61,904 bases of DNA from Lachnospiraceae bacterium (lineage in GTDB: Bacteria > Bacillota > Clostridia > Lachnospirales > Lachnospiraceae): the NCBI GenBank assembly GCA_017963665.1, contig JAGCTJ010000148.1, forward strand, positions 1-61,904, read 5' to 3'. This document shows positions 39,638-47,908 of the stretch, piece by piece. Both the position numbers and the translations under genes were made by a program. Within the stretch, counting starts at the first letter, position 1. Each line of letters opens with the position of its first letter. The notes beneath the pieces are model-generated. The model had not been told where the DNA came from. It saw only the letters and a list, made by a program, of their open reading frames with translations, and did not search any database.

Positions 39638-40816
39638 ATGAATGTATTGTTAATGAAATGGAAAGGACTTGGACACGAAGATATCACCGACGCATTTACG
39701 CGTCTTGGTCATAACGTGTCTGAATATCCGTTTTCCGACAAGGAACTTCATAAAGACGAGAAGATTGAAAAGGAAATAAAAGATGCGGCGATAAAGAATA
39801 ATGCCGACATTATTTTTTCTTTCAATTATTTCCCGATCATTGCAAAAGTATGTCACGATAACGGGATACCGTATTTTGCATGGATATACGATTCGCCGGC
39901 AGTTCTGGTATACCACTTTTCTTTGGTATATCCCGAAAATCATGTCTTCCTGTTTGATTACGAAGAATACGCTCAGTTTAAAGCAAACGGTATAAACACC
40001 GTCTACTACATGCCGCTTGCGGCCAATCCCGACAGACTTGGAAAGCTTCTGTCGAACGAAAAGTTCATTAAGGCATTCGAGAAAGACAAAGCGTTCAATC
40101 GCACTGACATCGCTTTCATCGGTTCACTCTATACCGAGAAGCACCAGTTCTACGAGCGCATGACGGACATAAGCGACTACACGAGGGGCTATCTTGAAGG
40201 CATAATGACAGCCCAGAAAAACGTCTACGGCTACAATTTCATAACCGACCTCTTAACCGATGAGATCATGGACGACATGTCGAAAAATCTTCCGATGAAG
40301 CCCGATCCCGAGGGAGTCGAAACCAGAAACTACTTATTCGCCGAATATGTCGTAAACAGGAAGCTCACTCAGATCGAGCGCCTCGAATATCTCTCCGCCA
40401 TCGGCGAACATCACAAATACGATCTCTACACCCCCAACTCAGACCAGAAACTTCCGGGTGCGATCAACCACGGTCCCGTCGACTACCTCGAAATGGCGCC
40501 CTTCGTCTTTAACCGTGCCAAAATAAACCTAAACATCACGCTTCGCAGCATCCACACCGGAGTACCCTTACGCTGCTTCGAGATCATCGGCTGCGGCGGT
40601 CTTCTCCTTTCGAACTACCAATCCGGATTCGCCGACGTCTTCGAAGACGGTCACGAATACGTATGCTACGAAAGCAAAAACGATCTCCTTAAAAAGATAG
40701 ATTACCTCCTCTCCCACGAAGACGAACGTAAAGAGATCGCCCTCAACGGCTACAACCGTCTCGTCAAAGACCATACTTACGATAAGCGTATCAATGAAAT
40801 GTTCTCTACAATATAA
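39638..40816 (+). CDS. CgeB-like (DUF3880 + GT-B) glycosyltransferase
   Basis: FSFNYFP, WIYDSP, YMPLAAN, FIGSLY, KINLNITLRSIHTGVPLRCFEI, HTYDKR; the only plus-strand gene supported in the window. Confidence 0.85.
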   Translation: MNVLLMKWKGLGHEDITDAFTRLGHNVSEYPFSDKELHKDEKIEKEIKDAAIKNNADIIFSFNYFPIIAKVCHDNGIPYFAWIYDSPAVLVYHFSLVYPENHVFLFDYEEYAQFKANGINTVYYMPLAANPDRLGKLLSNEKFIKAFEKDKAFNRTDIAFIGSLYTEKHQFYERMTDISDYTRGYLEGIMTAQKNVYGYNFITDLLTDEIMDDMSKNLPMKPDPEGVETRNYLFAEYVVNRKLTQIERLEYLSAIGEHHKYDLYTPNSDQKLPGAINHGPVDYLEMAPFVFNRAKINLNITLRSIHTGVPLRCFEIIGCGGLLLSNYQSGFADVFEDGHEYVCYESKNDLLKKIDYLLSHEDERKEIALNGYNRLVKDHTYDKRINEMFSTI

Positions 40817-40849
40817 CCACTGATAGTTTACACAAAAGATGCACCTATG

Positions 40850-40994
40850 AAGCTGCGAAGTGTGACGCAGTTGGAATTGTCGGCTCTCCCGCAGCGTCGG
40901 CGCTTAGCGAGGTATTCCACGAGCTTAGCGTCCGCTACGTGAGGGCGAGAGCGAGAGCGTCCGCACAATTCAACTGCGTTGCGATTCGCAGCTT
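40850..40994. repeat. About 145-nt palindromic REP/MITE-like element
   Basis: AAGCTGCGAA...TTCGCAGCTT outer stem; ACGCAGTTGGAATTGT...ACAATTCAACTGCGT inner stem. Confidence 0.75.
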
Positions 40995-41026
40995 TTTACG
41001 AGAAAGGTATTTTAGTTTATGCAAAA

Positions 41027-41084
41027 AGCCACAGTACAAATGATGTATTGGACTCATGAGCCAAACATCATTTGGGCTGTGGCT
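41027..41084. repeat. 58-nt imperfect palindrome between convergent genes
   Basis: AGCCACAG/CTGTGGCT, CAAATGATGT/ACATCATTTG, TTGG(A)CTCA/TGAGCCAA. Confidence 0.75.
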
Positions 41085-41103
41085 AAAATTATGTCTATAT
41101 CGA

Positions 41104-43932
41104 TTAGTGTACAAATCCAAACGACTGAAGGTTGATCGTGCCGCCACCGGTGTAGGTGAGGTAGATAGCGGTCTTGCCGTCGGGAATGGAGGCAGGTGTT
41201 TCGAACTTGGTGGGGATGTTGCAGTTGTTGATCGTCATCCTGCCAAGTACTTCGCCGCCGATAGAGGTGCGAAGCTCAAACGTTCCGCTGCCGTATCCGT
41301 TTACGCGGATGTAGAAGCCTTTTACGGCTTTAACGTCGAAGTACTTGAAGCCGAAGGTAAAGCCTTCGGTAATGTTTTTGATGAAAGCGTTGCAAACATC
41401 GCCGTCTTTGCCGTATTGCGTAATGAAAGGCTGTCCTCCTCCGACATAGATCTCTTTTTTGTCGCTGAACATGTTGCATGCGATCGAAGCGGGATATTCA
41501 GCTTTGTCGTTCAATGATCTTCCGTTGTTCGATCCGCAGGAAGTCATCTCAACCTGAGTTATGGAACCGTCGGCGTTAAACTTGATCTCTTCTACGCAAC
41601 CCTGACGTGAGAACCAGTGGTTGTTGGTCTGACGATGGTAGAAAATGTACCACTTGTCTTTGATCTGAACTATGCTTCCGTGGTTGTTGCCGCCAAAGCC
41701 TGTCGGGAAGTCTGCAGGTTTGTATGAATCGATTCCGATATCCGCGTTGCTTACGATGACTCCACCGTACTTGAAATCGCGATCGGGGTATTTGCTGGTC
41801 GCATAGCAAAGTTCATGCATGACTTCCGATGAATATACAAAGTAATATGTGTCACCGTTCTTTCTTATCGAAGGTGCCTCAAAGAAAGCATGGCCAACGA
41901 AATCCGAGCCCTCGGAATGCATCTTGCCGGGTGCAACGAATTTGGGTGCATCGGTAAGGATAGTAAGCATGTCACTGTCAAGACAGGTGTACATAGCGCC
42001 ATGGCGCGATGCGTCCGTCTGTCCACAGAAACCTGTGTAAAGGTAAGTCTTATCGCCTTCCGTTAACACGCCGGGATCGAACTGAGGCTCATCACATTCT
42101 TTGTCGCCGTACAAAGTTCCGTCGGGATAATGAACGTAACCGTGGAACTTATATTTGCCTGCCGGAGTATCGCAAACGGCTACCGAAACATTTCCAACCC
42201 TGTCAAGAACATAGAAAAGGTAATATCTTCCGTCGGGACCTACGGTAACGTCAGGAGCGTATAAGCACATTTCGCGGTCCGGATTGAAAGGATCCTGAGT
42301 GCTTTCATAAATGACGCCTTCATATCTCCAGTTTGCAAGATCGTCTACGGGAGCTGACCAGCAAACATAGTCACCGGGACAGAATGTGGCACCGTTAAAG
42401 GTATCGTGTGAACCGTAAACGTAAACTCTGTCACCAAATACATAAGGCTCTCCGTCCGGAATATATTCCCAAGTCGGGAGATAAGGATTAAAGCCCTGTT
42501 TGGGACCGGTAAGGAAAGAAGCGATATCGTAAATGAACTGCGATTTATCTATGTGACGCTTCGGACCTTCGGATGTGAAGTTCATCTCGTTACGGTCGTT
42601 AATGTCGTAACGTGACCATAAAGGAAGGGGATCGCCCGCTTTGTCCGAACCGTTGGGATCTCCGTATTTAACGAAGTTTGCAAGGTATGAACTCATGGAA
42701 TCCGCAAGTTCAAAGTGTCGTCCCTTGTAAGGTCTTGAACACTTTGAGATCGTGTTGAAGAAGAACCACAGATCGCATGAGTGGAAGCAACCGGGATCGT
42801 CTTCACCGGGAATGTCGGGCATAAATCTGTAGTAATAAACGGGCTTCTTTGAAGGAAGTGATGAAATTCTGTTAAGAGCACCCTTAACGGATGCCTCAAC
42901 GATGTTAAGAGGCTTTCCTTCGTATTTGCCGTCAAAGAATTCCTTGGGCGTAGGGATCGTAAACTCGTCGATGGTATTGCCTGCCATGATCGGGATGTCC
43001 GCGTAATCACCGTTCGCCAGACGCTCGTAAGGCTCTTCTACGGCAAAATGTCCGTCAACAACGGGAGCAAATCTGGGATTCTTTGAAGCGTACTCCGCAT
43101 ATTTGTCGCGGATAAAGAATGCGTCGAGTTTTCTTGCTTCTTCAAGGGAAGATACACCGAGAAGTTTAAAGAAATCTTCTCCGGCAGCCTCTGCTTCTTT
43201 AAGAGATCTGGGAGTAAGAATTGTATCTTTCATGAAAGGATTCTTTATAAGACCGCTCATGATGATGGCGCCCTTAATATCTTTAAAGTTTCCTTCATGC
43301 GTTATCTGATTAAGAACGGAACCGCCGCCTGCGGACTGTCCGCCAATGGTGATCTTATCGGGATCTCCGCCGAATGCGGCGATGTTTCTTCTTACCCATT
43401 TAAGACCTGCCTGCTGGTCCAGAAGTCCGAAGTTTGCGCAAGCGTCGGGAGCCTCTTTTGAAATTTCGGGATGAGCAAGGAAACCGAGAGCGGCAAGACG
43501 GTAGTTGACGGATACGACTACGATGCCTTTTCTGGCAAGATTTTCGCCGTCAAACTCCATTTCTGCGGTATAGCCCCACTGGAAGCCGCCGCCGAAATAC
43601 CATAAAAATACGGGCAACTTTTCGTCGGTCTTCTTTGCGGGAGTCCAAACATTTAAGTAAAGGCAGTCTTCGCCCATGGGAATTTCGGGATCAACGTGCC
43701 ATTCACGACAATAGATATCCGTTCCGAGTCCGGGTGTATCCTGAACCGAAATGGGTGCGAACTGAAAGCAATCTCTTACACCTTCCCAATCAGCTGCGGG
43801 CTGAGGAGCGCGCCATCTGTTCTCGCCTACGGGCGGTGCTGCAAAGGGAATGCCTCTGAATGCGGTAACTCTGGGATCTGCCGATGCAATACCCCTCACT
43901 GTTCCGTTTTCTGTCTGTGTTATTCTGATCAT
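41104..43932 (-). CDS. Type-B carboxylesterase fused to GH43 and a C-terminal CBM6-like domain
   Basis: GIPFAAPP, EDCLYLNVW, GQSAGG, FHSCDL; then PYLPTWEYIPDGEP, FDPG, FFEAPS; then FKYFD...FELR...IYL beta-sandwich. ATG 43932 after GGAGGG. Confidence 0.87.
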   Translation of the reverse strand: MIRITQTENGTVRGIASADPRVTAFRGIPFAAPPVGENRWRAPQPAADWEGVRDCFQFAPISVQDTPGLGTDIYCREWHVDPEIPMGEDCLYLNVWTPAKKTDEKLPVFLWYFGGGFQWGYTAEMEFDGENLARKGIVVVSVNYRLAALGFLAHPEISKEAPDACANFGLLDQQAGLKWVRRNIAAFGGDPDKITIGGQSAGGGSVLNQITHEGNFKDIKGAIIMSGLIKNPFMKDTILTPRSLKEAEAAGEDFFKLLGVSSLEEARKLDAFFIRDKYAEYASKNPRFAPVVDGHFAVEEPYERLANGDYADIPIMAGNTIDEFTIPTPKEFFDGKYEGKPLNIVEASVKGALNRISSLPSKKPVYYYRFMPDIPGEDDPGCFHSCDLWFFFNTISKCSRPYKGRHFELADSMSSYLANFVKYGDPNGSDKAGDPLPLWSRYDINDRNEMNFTSEGPKRHIDKSQFIYDIASFLTGPKQGFNPYLPTWEYIPDGEPYVFGDRVYVYGSHDTFNGATFCPGDYVCWSAPVDDLANWRYEGVIYESTQDPFNPDREMCLYAPDVTVGPDGRYYLFYVLDRVGNVSVAVCDTPAGKYKFHGYVHYPDGTLYGDKECDEPQFDPGVLTEGDKTYLYTGFCGQTDASRHGAMYTCLDSDMLTILTDAPKFVAPGKMHSEGSDFVGHAFFEAPSIRKNGDTYYFVYSSEVMHELCYATSKYPDRDFKYGGVIVSNADIGIDSYKPADFPTGFGGNNHGSIVQIKDKWYIFYHRQTNNHWFSRQGCVEEIKFNADGSITQVEMTSCGSNNGRSLNDKAEYPASIACNMFSDKKEIYVGGGQPFITQYGKDGDVCNAFIKNITEGFTFGFKYFDVKAVKGFYIRVNGYGSGTFELRTSIGGEVLGRMTINNCNIPTKFETPASIPDGKTAIYLTYTGGGTINLQSFGFVH

Positions 43933-43999
43933 AAAATAACCCTCCTTATAAGATCGATTATAAGGAGGGAATATTAACAAATTCTTCCGATATGTTGCG

Positions 44000-44013
44000 G
44001 TAAAACGTTTTAC
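44000..44013. promoter_or_regulatory. LacI-family-like operator
   Basis: Perfect palindrome GTAAAACGTTTTAC with central CG, upstream of the esterase-GH43 gene. Confidence 0.6.
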
Positions 44014-44048
44014 TTATTGCTTTTTATCATCGACGATCAAATGATCAT

Positions 44049-44849
44049 CTATTTCTTCATCTTAAGAGTCTTCTCATACGCAGCAATTACCGCGTTCATG
44101 CCTGCGGCTCTGAAAGAAGCTTCTTCGAGTGCTCTCACGCCGGCGATGGTCGAACCTCCGGGTGAACAAACTTCGTCTTTTAACTGTCCCGGATTCTTGC
44201 CCGATTCAAGCAAGAGCTTTGCACTGCCAAGCACGGTCTGTGCGGCAAGCTTGATGGCAAGTTGTCTGGGAATGCCAAGAGAAACCGCTCCGTCAGCCAG
44301 ACTCTCCATAAAGAGGTCCACAAATGCGGGACCACATCCGGAGATGGCTGTGCCTGCGTCCATAAGTTTTTCGTCAATCTTTACGCAGGTTCCTGCCAAA
44401 GAAAGTGAATCGACAAATGCTTCTTCCATTTCGGGGGTTACATTTTCGTTTACTGCATATAATATAACACCCTCTCCTACCGATACGGGCGTATTGGGCA
44501 TTATCCGGATGATGGGGCAGGAAAATCCCGTATATACCGCGAGCATTTCTATCGATACGGCTGCAGCCATTGAAATGACTACCGGCGAGGTCGATCTGTT
44601 CTTTAACGCTCCCGACACCTCTTTGATGACTTCGTTTATCATATTCGGCTTTACGCCGAAAAATACATAATCGCATTCGCATGCCCCGTAATTGTCGGTC
44701 ACATTACAGCCGAACTCGTTTGCGAGTTGTTCTGCTTTCTCGCGTGTCCTGTTGGCAACGAATACCGATTTCGGATCCACTTTTTTAGCTACCGCCTTTA
44801 CAAGTGCTCCGCCCATATTTCCAGTTCCGACAAATCCGAATGTAGCCAT
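44049..44849 (-). CDS. proC: Pyrroline-5-carboxylate reductase
   Basis: GTGNMG, GVKP, RIMPNTP, SGCGPAF, VCSPGGSTI. Confidence 0.96.
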   Translation of the reverse strand: MATFGFVGTGNMGGALVKAVAKKVDPKSVFVANRTREKAEQLANEFGCNVTDNYGACECDYVFFGVKPNMINEVIKEVSGALKNRSTSPVVISMAAAVSIEMLAVYTGFSCPIIRIMPNTPVSVGEGVILYAVNENVTPEMEEAFVDSLSLAGTCVKIDEKLMDAGTAISGCGPAFVDLFMESLADGAVSLGIPRQLAIKLAAQTVLGSAKLLLESGKNPGQLKDEVCSPGGSTIAGVRALEEASFRAAGMNAVIAAYEKTLKMKK

Positions 44850-44875
44850 ACTTTACCCTCCGAAAAGATCACAGT

Positions 44876-45679
44876 TTACTTGTTTCCGACAAATCTGGTT
44901 CCGACTTCCTTACCTTCCATTATATCATAAAGTTTCTCAGGTTTTGCTCCGTTCATTATGATCATATCACATCCGGCTTTTGTAGCGATCTTAGCAGCGG
45001 AAATCTTTGTGACCATACCGCCCGTTCCGCGCTTTGTGCCTGCTCCGCCCGCCATCTTGTCAATCTCGTCATCCAGGTTTTCCACTCTGTGAATGAGTTT
45101 GGCGTCTTTCTTGGTATGCGGATCGGCATCATACAATCCGTCTATATCTGACATAAGCACCAGAAGATCGGCATTGCAGAGTTTTGCAACTATGGCAGAA
45201 AGCGTATCGTTATCGCCAAGCACCTTGTGAGCGCCCGTTTCGATTTCGGCCGAAGAAACCGAGTCGTTCTCATTTACTACCGGAATGACACCCGTCTCCA
45301 AAAGTGCAAACATCGTTCCCGAAAGATGCTCGCTTCTTGACTTGTCCGCAACGTCTTCATCGGTAAGAAGTATCTGAGCAACTGTCTGACTGTACTCACC
45401 GAAAAGTTTGTCGTACATATGCATGAGCTGGCACTGTCCGACTGCCGCAGCCGCCTGCTTCATCCTAAGTTCTTTCGGTCTTTTACCGGGCGTCATCTTG
45501 GCCGCACCGACAGCGATCGCCCCTGATGTCACAAGAATGATCTCGTGTCCATAGCCTTTCAGATCGGCAAGAACTCTTACGAGTCTCTCCATACTGTGTA
45601 TATCCATAGCACCCGTATCGTGTGTGATCGTGCTTGTTCCGACCTTAACTACGATACGATAACAATTTTTCTGCCACAT
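44876..45679 (-). CDS. proB: Glutamate 5-kinase (no PUA domain)
   Basis: VKVGTS, TSGAI, AAVGQ, VNEND, GDNDTL, GTGGMVTK. Confidence 0.96.
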   Translation of the reverse strand: MWQKNCYRIVVKVGTSTITHDTGAMDIHSMERLVRVLADLKGYGHEIILVTSGAIAVGAAKMTPGKRPKELRMKQAAAAVGQCQLMHMYDKLFGEYSQTVAQILLTDEDVADKSRSEHLSGTMFALLETGVIPVVNENDSVSSAEIETGAHKVLGDNDTLSAIVAKLCNADLLVLMSDIDGLYDADPHTKKDAKLIHRVENLDDEIDKMAGGAGTKRGTGGMVTKISAAKIATKAGCDMIIMNGAKPEKLYDIMEGKEVGTRFVGNK

Positions 45680-45755
45680 ATTAATGTACTTCTTTCTCTT
45701 TTTTCGTTTCCTGAATATCAGTTGTACTAAATGTGAATGATATCATATATCAGGC

Positions 45756-45791
45756 AAAAAGAAAAGCCATCCGCGCTGTAGCGGATGGCTT
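45756..45791 (-). terminator. Terminator of rpsB-tsf
   Basis: AAGCCATCCGC/GCGGATGGCTT stem plus TTCTTTTT on minus. Confidence 0.88.
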
Positions 45792-45802
45792 AAATATCAC
45801 GA

Positions 45803-46894
45803 TTAGCCTAACTGAGCTGCAACTTCTGCCGCAAAGTCTTCGTTCTTCTTCTCCATACCTTCGCCAACTTCGAAACGTACAAACTTGGCAACGGTAAGAT
45901 CCTTGTTTACGCTCTCAAGATACTTTGCAACGGGCTGCTTTCCGTCTTCAGCCTTAACATAAGCCTGATCAAGGAGGCAGATCTCCTTTAAGTGCTTGTT
46001 GATACGACCGTCTACAAGACCACCGAATACCTTGTCTGCAAGATACTTCTCTTTTCCTTCCATAGCGAGTGCAGCGAGCTGCTTAGCTGCTTCATCGGAA
46101 AGGAAGTTGAATAAGAACTGCATGTTGGTCTTCTTCTCATCGTAGATCGCCTTGTCTTCTGCGCTCCAGATGTTCTCATTGTAAGCGCGTTCGATAAGTG
46201 CGTTAAGGATGGGCTTGGGAAGTGAAGCGGGATCGTTAAGAGCGCTGTCAATAACGATCTCTCTTTCTTTGGCCATAGCAGCATCGGAGATCTCAGACTT
46301 GTTAACGTACTGAGGATTCATAGCTGCAACCTGCATTGCTACGTTTGTAAGAGCTTCCTTAACTTCAGGACCGTTGCCTGCGCCGTTACCTACTACCAAA
46401 ACGCCGATACGTCCGCCGCCGTGAATGTAAGATACTACGCAATCGCCTTCAACCTTTGCGAATCTTCTGATAGAAAGCTTCTCGCCGATAGTAGCGGTCT
46501 TCTCTACAAGTAAATCCTTAACGGTCTGTGCGGGATTACTGATAAGTTTCTCATCCATCATACCGTCTACATCTGCTGCGCTTGTGGCAAGAGCCTGCTT
46601 TGCAACCTCTTCAACAAATGCCTGGAATGTTTCATTCTTTGCAACGAAGTCTGTCTCAGCGTTAACTTCGACAACTACGCCCTTCTTGTCGCCTTCAAGT
46701 GCTACGCGGCAGATACCTTCTGCTGCGATACGGCCTGCTTTTTTCTCAAACTTTGCTGCGCCGCTCTTTCTTAAGAACTCTACAGCTTCGTCCATGTTAC
46801 CGTTTGTTTCGTTAAGTGCCTTCTTGCAATCCATCATGCCGGCACCGGTCATTTCACGTAATTCTTTTACCATGCTTGCGGTAATGTCTGCCAT
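45803..46894 (-). CDS. tsf: Elongation factor Ts (long form)
   Basis: VKELREMTGAGMMDCKKAL, ETDFVAKN, YIHGGGRIGV, FVRFEVGEG. Confidence 0.97.
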   Translation of the reverse strand: MADITASMVKELREMTGAGMMDCKKALNETNGNMDEAVEFLRKSGAAKFEKKAGRIAAEGICRVALEGDKKGVVVEVNAETDFVAKNETFQAFVEEVAKQALATSAADVDGMMDEKLISNPAQTVKDLLVEKTATIGEKLSIRRFAKVEGDCVVSYIHGGGRIGVLVVGNGAGNGPEVKEALTNVAMQVAAMNPQYVNKSEISDAAMAKEREIVIDSALNDPASLPKPILNALIERAYNENIWSAEDKAIYDEKKTNMQFLFNFLSDEAAKQLAALAMEGKEKYLADKVFGGLVDGRINKHLKEICLLDQAYVKAEDGKQPVAKYLESVNKDLTVAKFVRFEVGEGMEKKNEDFAAEVAAQLG

Positions 46895-46928
46895 ATTTCT
46901 ATCCTCCTGAGTATTCTGTAAGTAACGA

Positions 46929-47696
46929 TTAAGCTTCTTCAGCTACTTCTTCGATATCGGTTGCTTCAACTTCTGCGTCAGCGTTAGCATCCTCAGCGTC
47001 AACCATAGCGGTCTCGCCCTGGTTAGCTTCGATAACCGCATCAGCCATCTTGGAAACGATAAGTTTTACGGCGCGGATAGCGTCATCGTTACCGGGGATG
47101 ATGAAGTCAAGTTCTTCGGGATCGCAGTTGGTGTCGCCGATACCGATAAGAGTGATTCCGAGTGCGTGAGCTTCTGTTACACAGATGTGCTCCTTCTTGG
47201 GATCTACTACAAATATAGCGTCAGGGATTCTCTTCATTTCCTTGATACCGCCAAGGTTCTTTTCAAGCTTATCCCATTCCTTCTTAAGTTCAATAACTTC
47301 TTTCTTGGGAAGAACATCGAAAGTGCCGTCCTCAGACATCTTTTCGATAGCCTTTAAACGTGCGATACGTGACTGAATTGTCTTGAAGTTGGTAAGCATA
47401 CCACCAAGCCATCTCTCGTTTACATAGAACATTCCGCAACGCTCTGCCTCAGTCTTAACTGCGTCCTGAGCCTGCTTCTTGGTACCAACGAAAAGAATGA
47501 TACCACCCTGTGCTACGATATCGGAAACTGCATTGTAAGCTTCATCAACTTTACCTACAGACTTCTGAAGGTCGATGATGTGGATGCCGTTTCTCTCGGT
47601 GAAGATGTAGGGAGCCATCTTAGGGTTCCATCTTCTGGTCTGGTGTCCGAAATGCACACCTGCTTCAAGTAACTGTTTCATAGAAATAACGCTCAT
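46929..47696 (-). CDS. rpsB: 30S ribosomal protein S2
   Basis: [36 protein letters not shown]. Confidence 0.98.
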   Translation of the reverse strand: MSVISMKQLLEAGVHFGHQTRRWNPKMAPYIFTERNGIHIIDLQKSVGKVDEAYNAVSDIVAQGGIILFVGTKKQAQDAVKTEAERCGMFYVNERWLGGMLTNFKTIQSRIARLKAIEKMSEDGTFDVLPKKEVIELKKEWDKLEKNLGGIKEMKRIPDAIFVVDPKKEHICVTEAHALGITLIGIGDTNCDPEELDFIIPGNDDAIRAVKLIVSKMADAVIEANQGETAMVDAEDANADAEVEATDIEEVAEEA

Positions 47697-47699
47697 TTT

Positions 47700-47815
47700 G
47701 ATACCTCCTGGGTTTTAAACTTCCGCGAAGCTTCATGTTCCTCAAACCCCGGCGTTACAGGGCACCTGCGGGAAGTCATTCGCGTGATTGATAGTTACAT
47801 GCGTGTTTTCGCACG
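47700..47815 (-). promoter_or_regulatory. rpsB 5' leader (putative S2 autoregulatory RNA)
   Basis: About 120-nt leader between the promoter and rpsB, containing GGTGCC and CACGCGAA/TTCGCG complementarity. Confidence 0.6.
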
Positions 47816-47822
47816 CTTTTGC

Positions 47823-47851
47823 ATTTTATCACTATTTACATGTCGTTGCAA
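47823..47851 (-). promoter_or_regulatory. Sigma-A promoter of rpsB-tsf
   Basis: TTGCAA-17 nt-TAAAAT with an extended -10 TG. Confidence 0.75.
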
Positions 47852-47875
47852 GGTTTTTTTGCATTATTGTACAAA

Positions 47876-47904
47876 GAAACCTCCCGCGTTTAACAGGAGG
47901 TTTC
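47876..47904 (-). terminator. Terminator after the GH10 gene
   Basis: GAAACCTCC/GGAGGTTTC inverted repeat a few nt after the stop codon. Confidence 0.7.
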
Positions 47905-47908
47905 AAAA

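Noticed and set aside
45680-45760. Proline T-box upstream of proB
   Set aside because: The interval is too short and lacks the T-box consensus. proA is absent from the window but may lie elsewhere.
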